64,000 nucleotides of DNA from Felis catus (lineage: Eukaryota), in assembly GCF_018350175.1 (NCBI RefSeq), contig NC_058368.1:25298001-25362000 (forward strand), written 5' to 3'. Positions 1 through 12,285 of this stretch are shown here, piece after piece. The position numbers and the translations under genes are program-made. Under the pieces are notes generated by a model that had not been told where the DNA came from, ran no database searches, and saw only the letters and a list, made by a program, of their open reading frames with translations. Every line of letters begins with the position of its first letter. Position 1 is the first letter of the stretch.

Positions 1-227
1 TATTTTTAAAAAAATTTTTTTTTCAACGTTTATTTATTTTTGGGACAGAGAGAGACAGAGCATGAACGGAGGAGGGGCAGAGAGAGAGGGAGACACAGAA
101 TCGGAAACAGGCTCCAGACTCTGAGCCATCAGCCCAGAGCCCGACGCGGGGCTCGAACTCACGGACCACGAGATCGTGACCTGGCTGAAGTCGGACGCTT
201 AACCGACTGCGCCACCCAGGCGCCCCC
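1..227 (-). mobile_element. Can-SINE (SINEC_Fc, young type)
   Basis: Reverse-complement head, (CT)n tract and A tail. Confidence 0.95.
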
Positions 228-1321
228 CTTCTTGTGTTTCTTAGCCTCTTATTAGGCAGAGAGCTCCAATGGCACTACTATGCCAGGTTTGGGGGAAAGA
301 ACAGTGGACCAGGGTCAGCAGATCCAGGGACACCGTAACTACCCACTGGAATCTTCCACACCCAGATTACAAGCAAGCCTTGCTTTAAGAAAATCCAATG
401 TACAAAAATTCAAAGATATATGTATGGAAAAAACACGAAGGTAATTAATCACATTATCAAAGAATTGACTGCTCACCTCCCATAGGTTCAGAGGAGCGCC
501 TTCCTCCCACAGGAGGCACTTCTAAGGCCAAGGAACACGAGCTCTGCCCCGTAAGGTTCTTCACGGACAAAGAAACCAGCTAATAAGCCTGAGGTGTTTA
601 ATTACTATTATATATGTGCATATAAGAAATTATTCACATTCGTTAGTATTTTTATTTTCAAGGGAGGAACTTCTCTAAGTGATTCTTTTTTAATGTAATT
701 TTCTAATTGTGGTCATAAACGCCCCACCCCATTTAAGTTCCTCTTGGCTTTGTACAGTGATTCCCCCAGATTATACCCATGATCTCAGGGGAAACTGAGG
801 GTATGGTTCATTCCTAGAAGGGAAGTCTTGCTGTCGGATGATCACGAAAACTCCCAGGGTCCAGATAATGGTGGAAATCCTCCCTTTTCCCATTTCAGTG
901 CCAAGTGGCCCAGTGGAGTCCTCCTCTGATGGGTGCCCAGGGGCCCTTCTCTTTGTGGGCTCCCTCCTTCCTCACCTCTGCCTTGGTCCTTGGCCTTTTT
1001 CTGCTCAGCAGCTGGGCTCCGGGTGAAGGGGCAGCTACGGTATCTGTGGCTGACAGTGATGGCTCTCACAGCATAACAGTGAGTATGACCTGACCACAGA
1101 CACTCCCTCCTGTCCTTCGAGGGGGGTTGCTGAGGGGAGGGACGAAAACAAAAGGGCACAGGGACTGTCCTACTACATTAGCATAACAAGAACTTCTTTT
1201 ATTGAACCCAGAGAAAGAGCACCGATCAGAATAAATGAGGATGCAATTAGCAAGGTCACAGACGCTGACGTCAGCAGGCCATGCGCAAATCTGAAGGCCA
1301 AGAAGGAGTTCCCGGGCCGTA

Positions 1322-1690
1322 TGTCTTGGCTCAGTCCAGCACAACAAAATGTCCCACACACTGGGTGGTTTACACAACAAGTACTTGTTTCTCACAGTTC
1401 TGGAGGCTGGGAAGACCAAGATCAAGGAGTTAGCAGATTGGGTTCCCGATGAGACCTGCTTCCTGTCTCGCAGACGGCCACCTTCTCACTGTGTCCTCAT
1501 ATGGCAGAGAGAGCGACAGAGTGTGTTCCGTGCCTCTCCTCATCTATTACAAGGACGCTAATCCCATCCGCAAGACTTCACAAAACCTAATTACCTCCCG
1601 AAAGCTAACCCTCCGAATACCATCCCACTGGGGATTAGGGCTCCAACATAGGGATTTTAGAGGGACTAAAACATCTAGTCTACACAGCAT
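1322..1690 (-). mobile_element. MaLR solo LTR (MLT1A-like)
   Basis: Characteristic tctcacagttctggaggctgggaag...aagatcaagg, ccttctcactgtgtcctca and taattacctccc segments. Confidence 0.85.
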
Positions 1691-1825
1691 GTGACTTGGA
1701 CAAGTCACTGCCCCCCCCCCCCACAGAAGCTCAGTTTCCTTGTCTCCAAGATGAGGAAATTATAAGTAATTTGAGATACCACACATAAAGGAGCTGACAC
1801 TTAGCAAGTTCTCAATAAATAATCA
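1691..1825 (+). mobile_element. MIR fragment
   Basis: gtgacttggacaagtcact...ctcagtttcct core. Confidence 0.65.
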
Positions 1826-3161
1826 CTGCCTTGGAGCCCTCCTACGAAATCGCCTCTCTCCCCCTTTGACTTAAAATCTCAAGCAGCTGACGCCCAACTG
1901 GGGCTACCGTTACCATTCTTGATAGGACAGCTTTTGTGAAGGCTTTGTATTTGCCTGATTGATGAGTTGGCTTTTGTTTTTAAGGGAGGAGCATTTCAAA
2001 CGGAGCCATCCTACTTGTCCATTAGCTGGGCTCCTTCCTTCTCTGCAGAACACATGTATCCGTAACCCAGTACGGAGAAGCTTCCTTGCGATGAAACCCA
2101 AAATGCCTGTTATTACTCAGATTAACACTGTCATCAATCATCCACGTTCCGTGAGCATCCACAATTGGTGGGCGCTACATAGACCATGGAGGCAGACATG
2201 CCTCGTGGGTTTCTAATCTAAACAGACAGGTAGAGCAGAGACAAAGGGAAAGGGCAAGCGTGCATCTGAGACTCTCCAGGCTTTCTTTACATGCAACTGT
2301 CTGATGATGAATCACAGGGAAAAATTCAGCAAGCGGGAGGGTCTATTAGAGAGCCCAGGGCCTCTTGCCTTTCCCCGGAGAGTCACGGAAACCGTAGCTG
2401 TTGGCCCAGGAGTCAGAGGGTGGGCCAGGCAGGGGACATTCTGACCTTTCCCTCCTCATTTATGGAGAAGAGGATGAAAGTTGGATGAGTGTAGTAAATT
2501 ATCATGATGCCTGTCATCTCTAAATTGCAGGACATGATGGGAATATGTGTTATTTGTGCTACATAGGGCAGAGGATCGTCTACTTTGGTGCCAAAGGAGC
2601 ACACTGAGTACAGATAACAAGGGTTGGAGCCAAGCTCTTTAGAGACAGTTGGGGGCCCTCACCTTCTGAGGAAGTAGAAGGTAGGAGCCAGGAAGTCCAA
2701 GAAAGCCTGCTGGTAAGTCTATTGGGCAACAAATAAAGGTCAACAGTTGGAAAAATCTAAGAGGGAAGGCAGTGAAAAAATAAAATGGCAGCTATCAGGG
2801 GCAGCTGGTTGAGATGAATGGTTGCTATTGATAGAAGAACCACCCACCTGTGTGGGAATATTGAAGAAACCAACAGAGGTAGAATGTGCCGGAAAGTAGA
2901 ACGGTTGGCACTCCCAAGTTCCAAAGATAACCAGGTTAAGTAAACCCTTCTTAAAATCAGAAAGGAGACCGTGTGTAGGACTGGTCCTCATAAGTAACAT
3001 CGAAACTCGTGGGTCTTTGGAGCTGAGTGCCATCCTTACAAACTTCCCTTCTGAATCTGGGAGTGCTACAAATCCCCCCCAAAGTTCTGACTTTTTCCTC
3101 ATATTAGTCCATTTGTTCATTTGATCCAAGAGGGAGGCTCGATTAAAAGACGTCCTATGGA

Positions 3162-3380
3162 GGGGCACCTGGGTGGCTCAGCCAGTTAAGCATCTGACTT
3201 CAGCTCAGGTCATGGTCTCACAGTTTGTGAGTTTAAGCCCCGCATCGGGCTCTGTGCTGATAGCTCGGAGCCTGGTGCTAGCTTCTGATTCTTTGTCTCC
3301 CTCTCTCTCTCTCTCTCTGCCCCTCCACCGCTCACGCTCTCTCTCAAAAATAAATAAACATTAAAAAATTAAAAAAAAAA
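3162..3380 (+). mobile_element. Can-SINE
   Basis: Full length; TSD about aaaagaygtcckatgga. Confidence 0.95.
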
Positions 3381-3492
3381 GATGTCCGATGGAGAAGACT
3401 TCTAGTCTCTAAGAAATTCTCCTTCAGTTTGGAAAATGTCACAGCTGAAACTAATATAACGTTGTATGTCAAATTATACTTCAACAATTTTT

Positions 3493-3706
3493 AAAAATTT
3501 TTTTTTTAACATTTATTTTTGAGACAGAGAGAGACAGAGCATGAACAGGGGAGGGGCAGAGAGAGAGGGAGACACAAAATCCGAAACAGACTCCAGGCTC
3601 TGAGCTGTCAGCACAGAGCCCGACACGGGGCTTGAACTCACGGACCGTGAGATCATGACCTGAGCTGAAGTCGGACGCTTAACCGACCAAGCCACCCAGG
3701 CGCCCC
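3493..3706 (-). mobile_element. Can-SINE
   Basis: TSD acttcaacaattttt; sits in the tail of a short L1 3' remnant (about 3440-3490). Confidence 0.95.
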
Positions 3707-4102
3707 ACTTCAACAATTTTAAAAAAATAAGTGACTGTGAGGTCTCTGGCCCCAGTGGGAGATGATAATTGGCCTTGTCATTGCAGACCATCAGAAGCCA
3801 TGGGAGTGAACGCTTCCCAATGAAGACGCAGTGGGGGGTCGGGGGGGTCTCCCCTTCTGACCAACCGGGGGCAAAACTGAAGGTTTTGTTTATTAGCACA
3901 ACTCTAATTGTGATTTGTGTGATTCTGTACACTCCAATCTAGCCGAAATTTAAAAATTATCTAATTAGTTAAGTGTGTAATCCCTTCAATTAATTAGCCA
4001 TCAGTTGCTCCTTAATGATAATGAAATGCTAACAAATAGCATGTGACCTCTGAATAGTGCCAAATAAATCGATTAAAATATTTTTTCAAGAAGTAACAAG
4101 GA

Positions 4103-4321
4103 GGGGCGCCTGGGTGGCTCAGTCGGTTAAGCATCCAACTCTTGATTTCAGCTCAGGTCTTGATCTCACAGTTTGGGAGTCTGAGCCCCTCGTGGGGCTC
4201 CGCACTGACAGTGGGGGGCATGCTTGGGATTCTCTCCTCTCCCTCTGTCTCTGCCTCTCCCCTGTTCACACGCTGTCTCTCTCTCAAAATAAATAAATAA
4301 AAACTTAAAAAAAAAAAAAAA
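4103..4321 (+). mobile_element. Can-SINE (older type)
   Basis: TSD aagaagtaacaagga. Confidence 0.95.
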
Positions 4322-4514
4322 AAGAAGTAACAAGGATTCCATTTACTCAGTTTGCTCCGTGAGTTTTAATGTGTTCAGTCTCCAAAGCATGCGTCTGAGA
4401 CTGGGCTTACATCCCTATAAGCAAGGACAACCTCTTAAGGTGATAGTGTCAGAGGAGACCTTCGCCTCCACACTGGCCGGTGGACAGACACACGGACTCT
4501 AAGTCAAGTGCCTA

Positions 4515-5335
4515 TGTTGGAACCCTGGGTCCACCCCCATCTAGCTGCTGGACCTCTGCCGCATTCCTTCTGCCGAGCCTCAGTTTCTTTGATGACAGAA
4601 TGGCCACGATTGTTCTTACAATTTAGGGTGGCGGTGAGGATTAAATTAGACAACACAGGACAGGACGAGACTTCAAAACGGTGCTGCGTGGGCTTCTCAC
4701 ACACAGGCGCTCGATAAATATTTACTGATTGGAAAGTTGAGGCGAACTGAAATCCTTATCAATGAACGCTTACTTGAGCATCGTCTCTGAGCAAGGCAGT
4801 GTGCTTGGTAGCGGAGATGAGGAAGACAAAGAGGGGAAGAAATCAGATGCCATTTCTTGCTCCCAAAAGGACCGTAATCTAACGAGAGAGCGGCATTTGA
4901 GGAAACAGGAGATATTTACTGAGTGCTTACTATGTACCAGGCGCTGTTATCAGCCCTTTAAGTACCATTTAATCTTGTCAACAATTCAAGAAGGTTAAGC
5001 ACCTGTTGCTTTTAGCCCCATTTTATAGTAAGGAAAGCGAGGCGCCAAAAAGTTAAGTGATTTGCCTACCATCGCTCAGCAAGTGTCGGAGCTAGGACAT
5101 GACCTCCGATTCCGAGCCCTTAATATTGCCTTGCGTACTGGGAGCGAGGGGAGCATCCCGGACTTGGACTTGGAAGTCTTCAGCTTGCATATTCCATGCC
5201 GTCTGTGTAGCCCTGCGTAACTACTTCACCTCAGAATCAGAGTCTCCTCATCTGTAAAATGGGTTAGCAGTCCCCATGGCATGGTTTGTTGTGACCTGCC
5301 TTGTGCCTGGCATGCCGTAGGTGTCTAATAAAGTT
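4515..5335. mobile_element. cluster of MIR and L2 fragments in both orientations
   Basis: gagcctcagtttc...gtgaggattaaa; atttactgagtgcttactatgtaccaggc; ctcctcatctgtaaaatggg. Confidence 0.7.
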
Positions 5336-5821
5336 TAGGTGCATCTGATTCTGCATTGCCATTACTGGGCCTTTTTTTTTTTTTTTTTTTTTTTTTTGCC
5401 ATTACTATTTATAAACCAGAGTTTCTATCAGCGAACACACCCTGAGATCCCGCGTATGAAACCTGGACCCTAGACATCCTTCGGACTCTCTCATAAAGTT
5501 GACCCACACTATTTCAAATGACTGTATTAAGAACTACGTACCATCATCGGTAATCTACAGTCAGTGAGCTACAAAATCTTCTCCCAGTAAATCCTACCAG
5601 TAAATTCTCTTGAGTGCCACCCTTTACAGGTGCATTTCCTAATTTACAAATGTGGTGCTTTAAAAGTTATTATGGTATGCATATGATAAAACTTACCCAA
5701 ACGGAAATTTTTACAAGATAAATGAAGATAAAGTCACTCTTTCATCCTAACGTTGTTGTACCTTATTTATCAATAATACAAATATATTTTGCTTCTACAA
5801 AAAGTTATCAATATTTTTAGT

Positions 5822-6237
5822 GGGGTGCCTGGGCAGCTCGGTTGGTTAAGCATCTCTTTTTTTTTTTTAACGTTTATTTATATTTGAGACAGAGAGAGAC
5901 AGAACATGAACGGGAGAGGGGCAGAGAGAGAGGGAGACACAGATTCTGAAACAGGCTCCAGGCTCTGAGCCGTCAGCACAGAGCCCGACGCAGGGCTCGA
6001 ACTCACGGACCGCGAGATCGTGACCTGGCTGAAGTCAGACGCTTAACCGACTGAGCCACCCAGGCTCCCCTAAGCATCTGACTCTTGATATCATCTCAGG
6101 TCATGAGGTTCATGAGGTCGAGCCCCCCCGCATTGGGCTCTGCGCTGACAGCACGGAGCCTGTTTGAGATTCTCCGTCTCCCTCTCTCTCTGCCCCTTCC
6201 CTCCTCTCAAAATAAATAAATAAACATTTAAATATAC
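5822..6237 (+). mobile_element. older Can-SINE split by a nested SINE
   Basis: Head 5822-5855, remainder 6071-6237; outer TSD atatttttagt. Confidence 0.9.
5856..6070 (-). mobile_element. Can-SINE nested in an older SINE
   Basis: TSD taagcatct at 5847-5855 and 6071-6079. Confidence 0.95.
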
Positions 6238-6342
6238 ATATTTTTAGTGAACAGAGTGTAACTGAGTGTGGTTCCGTAATTCTCAAAATCTTAGCTTAAC
6301 ACAGTGAGCCCAAAGTCAAGTTCTATATTCAATTGACTCACA

Positions 6343-6578
6343 TTTTTTAATTTATTTTTTTTTAATTTTTGTTTTTAACGTTTTATTTATTTTTGAGACA
6401 GGGAGAGACAGAGCATGAACAGGGGAGGGTCAGAGAGAGGGAGACACAGAATCTGAAACAGGCCCCAGGCTCTGAGCTGTCACCACAGAGCCCGACGCGG
6501 GGCTCGAACTCACAGACCGCGAGATCATGACCTGAGCCGAAGTCGGCTGCTTAACCGACTTAGCCACCCAGGCGCTCC
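6343..6578 (-). mobile_element. Can-SINE
   Basis: TSD ctcacattttttaattta. Confidence 0.95.
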
Positions 6579-6897
6579 TCACATTTTTTAATTTAATGGC
6601 TATCACTGAGGAGTACCTCACAAAGATCCATAGAACCAAATGAAAAAATATATATTGACTGCAATTTCTAAATAACAATACTCAATATTCAGTCCTATCC
6701 CAAATAATGCAAAATTTTTTACTAAAAATTGCCTCCATTTTCGAAACACTTTCTTCATTGAAGAAGTTTGTTGTTTTTTTTTTTTCAAAAAAAAAAAAAA
6801 AAAACCTCTAAACTCTCTCATTCTTAAAACATCATCCTTTCCGTGAAGGCTAAAAAATAATTGTGTGGTTTATTTTTCTTTTTAAAAATGGCTCCTA

Positions 6898-7270
6898 GAG
6901 TATTACGTGGCAATGAGAAAAAATGAAATATGGCCTTTTGTAGCAACGTGGATGGAACTGGAGAGTGTGATGCTAAGTGAAATAAGCCATACAGAGAAAG
7001 ACAGATACCATATGGTTTCACTCTTATGTGGACCCTGAGAAATTAACAGGAACCCATGGGGGAGGGGAAGGAAAAAAAAAAAAAAACAGGTTAGAGTGGG
7101 AGAGAGCCAAAGCATAAGAGACTCTTAAAAACTGAGAACAAACTGGGGGTTGATGGGGGGTGGGAGGGAGGAGAGGGTGGGTGATGGGTATTGAGGAGGG
7201 CACCTTTTGGGATGAGCACTGGGTGTTGTATGGAAACTAATTTGTCAATAAATTTCATATAAAAAAAAAA
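6898..7270 (+). mobile_element. 5'-truncated felid LINE-1 (ORF2 C-terminus, 3' UTR, polyA)
   Basis: 6898-7038 translates EYYVAMRKNEIWPFVATWMELESVMLSEISHTEKDRYHMVSLLCGP*, the L1 ORF2 C-terminus. G-rich 3' UTR, AATAAA, A tail at 7261-7270. Confidence 0.95.
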
Positions 7271-7415
7271 GAATTTGGGAGAAGGCATATTTCTTACCAA
7301 TTTCCCATTGAGTTGATACTTAGGGAATCTCTGCTAACTGTTGCCAAATAAAGATCCTGCTGGGTTTTCTTTAATAAAAAAAAAAATAAATAAATAAAAA
7401 TAAATAAATAAAAAT
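7271..7415 (+). other. L1 3'-transduced segment with second polyA tail
   Basis: About 100 bp of non-L1 sequence, AATAAA at 7347-7352, A-rich tail from 7373, all inside TSD AAAAATGGCTCCTAG (6884-6898, 7416-7430). Confidence 0.85.
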
Positions 7416-7430
7416 AAAAATGGCTCCTAG

Positions 7431-7667
7431 GGGCACCTGGGTGGCTCAGTTGGTTGAGCGTCTGACTCTTGATTTCATGAGTCAGAAATCATGACTGGTC
7501 ATGATCTCACAATTCATGGGTTCGAGCCCCATGTCAGGCTCTGTGCTGACAGCACAGAACCTGCTTGGGATTCTCTCTCTCCCTCTCTCTCTCTCTTCCC
7601 TTTCCTGCTTGTGCTTGCTCGCTCTCTTTCTCTCAAAATAAACTTAAAAAAAATTTTTTTTAATAAA
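7431..7667 (+). mobile_element. Can-SINE (older type)
   Basis: TSD aaaaatggctcctag at 7416-7430 and 7668-7682. Confidence 0.95.
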
Positions 7668-7768
7668 AAAAATGGCTCCTAGACAGCAGACCGTTAACAG
7701 TCATTTGCCACCCCAAGAAAGGGTCAGCAAATTTGGAACACTGGCTCTTTTAAAAAAAATTTTTTGGG

Positions 7769-7985
7769 GGGGCGCCTGGGTGGCGCTGTCGGTTAAGTGT
7801 CCGACTTCAGCCAGGTCACGATCTCGTAGTCCGTGAGTTCGAGCCCCGCATCAGGCTCTGGGCTGAGGGCTCGGAGCCTGGAACCTGTTTCCGATTCTGT
7901 GTCTCCCTCTCTCTCTGCCCCTCCCCCGTTCATGCTCTGTCTCTCTCTGTCCCAAAAATAAAAATAAACGCTGAAAAAAAATTTT
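7769..7985 (+). mobile_element. Can-SINE (young type)
   Basis: Full length; tail-to-tail with the next SINE. Confidence 0.95.
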
Positions 7986-7996
7986 TTAAAGAAAAA

Positions 7997-8219
7997 ATTT
8001 TTTTTATCTTTATTTATTTTTGAGAGAGAGAGAGAGAGAGAGCATGAGCGAGCATGAGCAGAGGAGGGGCAGAAAGAGACAGAGACACAGAATCCGAAGC
8101 AGGCTCCGGGCTCTGAGCTGTCAGCACAGAGCCCAACGCAGGGCTCCAACCCATGAGCAGCAAGATCATGACCTGAGCTGAAGTCAGACGTTTGACTGAC
8201 TGAGCCCCCCAGGCGCCCC
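7997..8219 (-). mobile_element. Can-SINE
   Basis: Full-length reverse copy. Confidence 0.95.
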
Positions 8220-8439
8220 GGGAACACTCTGCTCCTTAAGAGAAAACTGCACAACTCCCTGCAGCACGAGAGATTTTTATGCTCATTCTCTATCTTGGCA
8301 CAAAGCACTGCAAAAGTCCTGGCATTTTATACTTTCTTTCTCACTTGTTAAAATCAGGTTCATTGCCTCCATAAACTCTTCTAGTTCTTTGTGCACTTCT
8401 GGCTTCAGCGGCTCTGCAGCAAGAGCTTGACGACGAATG

Positions 8440-8585
8440 ACCAGAGGGGAAGGGGGTCAATTGTAAGGTGACGGAGGGTGACCAGACTTGGTAGTGATCA
8501 CTTCACTGTGCATACAGGTGGTGAATTATAACATTGGGCGCCTGAAACATATAATGTCATGCCAGGTTTACCACCATAAAAAGAA
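8440..8585 (+). mobile_element. old L1 3' end fragment
   Basis: ggtgacggagggtgaccagact...tagtgatcacttcactgtgcataca...cctgaaacatataatgt pattern and A-rich end. Confidence 0.6.
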
Positions 8586-8970
8586 GGAGAAGACAGCAAT
8601 GTCTTGAGTCAAAGGGCCACAGCAAACCCAAGGAGATGCCTCAGGCAGCAGGGAGGCACGCAGAATCAGGAGAAAGTGTGCCCGACCGCACTACTCTCAT
8701 CCCTCTTACCTCCTGTTGAGGGGTCCCAAAATCAAGTCCAAGAAGGCAGAGAACAAGAGAGCTCTCGATGGAGCCAGCGTCTCAGAGCAAAGAGAAGGGC
8801 AAAGACGGCTCATAAGAGGCAAACAACATAGCCAGCACCATTTCCAAATGGACGGACCCGACCCGAGGCACGTTTTTTTGAATATATGAATTCCCCCCGA
8901 GCCACCCCCCCAAAATTCAGAGTTAACAACACGTCAGGGTGAAGCCTGAATACTCCATATTTTCTGTTTT

Positions 8971-9183
8971 GTTTTTTTTTTTTTAATTTTTATTTTTGGG
9001 ACAGAGAGAGACAGAGCATGAACAGGGGAGGGGCAGAGAGAGAGGGAGACACAGAATCGGAAACAGGCTCCAGGCTCCGAGCCATCAGCCCAGAGCCTGA
9101 CGCGGGGCTCGAACTCCCGGACCGCGAGATCGTGACCTGGCTGAAGTCGGACGCTTAACCGACTGCGCCACCCAGGAGCCCCC
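8971..9183 (-). mobile_element. Can-SINE (young type), within a MER5-like relic
   Basis: TSD ccatattttctgtttt. Confidence 0.95.
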
Positions 9184-10630
9184 ATATTTTCTGTTTTTGG
9201 AAAGTTCTTTAAATTACTCCAATGCACAGTGAAGTTTGGGATCCCTAATGTTATAAGACACACAAATGACCTTGAAGATTTCGAAGCAGGTCACACAGTG
9301 CCTTCTCACCAGGAGTCCAGACCAACAGGGGCAAATCACCTTAAGAATCTTCCCTAAGGGGACAGCATTTTGTCCTATTACGATGTCCCGGCTGGGGCAG
9401 TACTTACCAGTCAAAAAGAGAGAATTGTGTTACTCTCTCTCCTCAAGTACTAATCCTGAGGATAGCTGAGCCTAAGGATAAATTTTGTGCACTTGAACAT
9501 TATTGTCCTTTTACCCCCTGAGTAGAAAATACAAGTAATAGCTCTAAAAGAAAGACCTGAATCCTTGAAAACTCTTCATACACATCCAGACAGACCCTCA
9601 AACTTTAAACGGTAGCAGGCTTGAGTGGCTAAAGGGATTGTATTTCCACGAGGACCATCATTGGCAAGGCATGTTGTTCAGAAGTCTCACTTAAAGATCA
9701 TTTTTTTCCATTATAATCATTGAAGTGAAGCCAAGAGGGAAAAAATTTGACATTCTGATCTCTAGAATCTTGGCTTCAGAAATGCCTATTAATACAACAC
9801 AATTCAATTTAATAAAACTTACAAACTCCCGGTAATCCTCAAGGTGCTCTTAAAATTGAAATTGATTCTGTGAAACTGCTTTCACCTACCATCATTAAGG
9901 AAAATTCCATTTTAAGTCAACTCTTAATAAGGGAGGTCATGAAGAAAACTATTAAGGCCAGGAATACAGAACGTTAGGAACATGTGGCCGGAAGGAAGCA
10001 GAAGCCATGCGTATACCCCAATCCAGACCTTACACTTGCGTGATATTGCAGGCTCTGGGCCTAGCAGCCGCTCATTTTCCTAGAGAACTAAATGGAGGAA
10101 ACTGTTCATCATTTCCACTTGCACAGCACAATTAAGTGACAAGTTGTTTTCCATGAGGTAGTTTTACCGTAAACACGCCCACCATTAAAAGACGCGCGGC
10201 TGGCGGGCAGGGCAACCTTCATTCACTAATGTGGCCAGAGTAACAAAGAGACTTCATTGACTGCAGAAGTTGGAGTTCCAAGGCATAGCTTGGGTTTATC
10301 CATGTCATAAATGGGTCCTGAGGGCCATGGTTGGGATTGCTAGGCTCCTGGGTCCTGTTCCCTGACAGTCTATTAACCTGCCACGTAACCCTGAGCCCAG
10401 GCTCTTAAACGTCTCTCGTCAATTTTCCAACATAATAAGTGCAAATAAAAATAAGCCTATCTTAGAAATCCCATCAGGGTCAAACTTCACTTTTCTACAG
10501 GTACATCCTACTCTACCCAGTAGATACGTCCCACGTTGCAGGGAAATGCTTACAGTGAATGGGAAATCAAATGACTGTCAGATGGTATTTTTAGATACTC
10601 TCAGAGAGTTGACTTTAAAAGCATTCATTT

Positions 10631-10864
10631 GGGGCGCCTGGGTGGCGCAGTCGGTTAAGCGTCCGACTTCAGCCAGGTCACGATCTCGCGGTCCGTGAGT
10701 TCGAGCCCCGCGTCGGGCTCTGGGCTGATGGCTCAGAGCCTGGAGCCTGTTTCTGATTCTGTGTCTCCCTCTCTCTCTGCCCCTCCCCCGTTCATGCTCT
10801 GTCTCTCTCTGTCCCAAAAATAAGTAAACGTTGAAAAAAAAATTTTTTTTAAATAAAAAAAATA
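10631..10864 (+). mobile_element. Can-SINE (young type)
   Basis: TSD aaaagcattcattt. Confidence 0.95.
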
Positions 10865-11074
10865 AAAGCATTCATTTACGAGAGTGGCTAAGAGGCCAGG
10901 TGCTAGAGATAGACAGCTGTTTTCTTGATGTGGCAAAAAAACTGTTTTTGGTGGATTAACCAACATTTTTCCTGTCCCCTTAATTCCTATGATCTCACAC
11001 CCCGTCGCCTCCGTGTTCTAGGACCTTCTACTTTTACTACTTGTGTCCGTGACAGCTTACCGGTCATCAAAGAT

Positions 11075-11235
11075 GTGTCCTCCTGCCCCTGCGTGGAGCG
11101 AAGATGTAACTGGGAAGTGACTGCCCATCCAGGGACTGCATCCCGAAGCCCCCATGAGCCAGGCGGGGGCTGTGTGACCGAGTTCTACTCAAATGGATGG
11201 GGGCAGAAATGACACATCCTACTTGTGACCGTCTC
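11075..11235. mobile_element. ERVL LTR fragment (LTR16/33-like)
   Basis: ggctgtgtgaccgagttctactcaaatggatgggggcagaaatgac resembles the recalled LTR16 motif. Confidence 0.4.
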
Positions 11236-11409
11236 TGCACAGCCGTTAGAAAGACAAGGAACAAAACAGGATGCCTCGTTCAGCTGGGAGATTCCTTAAG
11301 TCAGTTTAAGTCAAGAAAATAGACGTGGACCTCCTCTCTGAGTCCTTCAGTGTCACCTACTGCCCTGAGAATCAGGTCCTCCCCAGCCAGGACCAAGCAC
11401 ATGTAAAAA

Positions 11410-11620
11410 TCAGGCTAAGCATCTACTCGATGCCTATGATATGCCAAGATCTTCCATGTATAAATGCAAAATCTCATTTTTAAGTAGTGGTAGAATTATC
11501 TGCCCTTAACAGAGGGGAAACTCGGGTCAAAGAGACCCAGGTGACTTGTTCAAGGTCCTTCGAAGAGTAGGTAGCAAGCGCTGAAGTCTGAAGCCAGGTT
11601 TTCTGGCTCTGAATGCAGGG
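11410..11620 (-). mobile_element. MIR
   Basis: acagaggggaaactcggg...gtgacttgttcaaggtc reverse core. Confidence 0.65.
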
Positions 11621-12285
11621 ACGGTGGCACAATTCTACAGTTTCCTCTTCGGGACAGGGTGCCCAAAGGGATCCCCGGCTCTTATCCATGCCTCAAAGGC
11701 CCACGCATCCAACGTAAGATCTGAGGCTGGCCAGTTTGCGATGGACCTGTCTCTAAGGGCATCCTACTTGAGGTTCTAAGAAGAAAAAACAAATATTTTC
11801 TCCCAATCGTTTGATCCACATGAATGCATGGGCCATAGGGCCTGACCATCTGTCCGCCATTATCCTCGTATGACTGACCACTGCCAGGTGTCACACCAGC
11901 CGGTATGGATTCGTCAGTTGGTATAAAACAAGTTCAGTGTAATCAATCACGCAAACTTGAGCCCTTAATACCCGCTATTACTGAAAGCATACCCTAACCT
12001 TGGGACGCTAAAGGATTAATGACCCAAGTGGAGATATGAACAAGGCCTTAAACGCATGTGACTCATGTTTGTATCAAGTCTGACACTCATTGGCCCTGCA
12101 GGGACTCTCCCAACTCACTGGTGTAATCAGTAAAAAATTCACGTGGCCCCAAAACCTGGAGATTTGTGATCATGTGACCCACCTCAGAAAAACCTCGGAC
12201 AACCCCACAGTGTTTTGTTTGCTTCAACCAATTAGCCCGATACACTCCAGACCCACTTGTGCGACACACGGAGCACACTGCTGAG

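Larger units (their letters stand above)
5417..7743. mobile_element. probable AT-rich hAT-Charlie relic interrupted by SINEs and L1
   Basis: Ends cagagtttct... and ...tttggaacactg resemble Charlie TIRs; AT-rich interior; family not identified. Confidence 0.35.
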
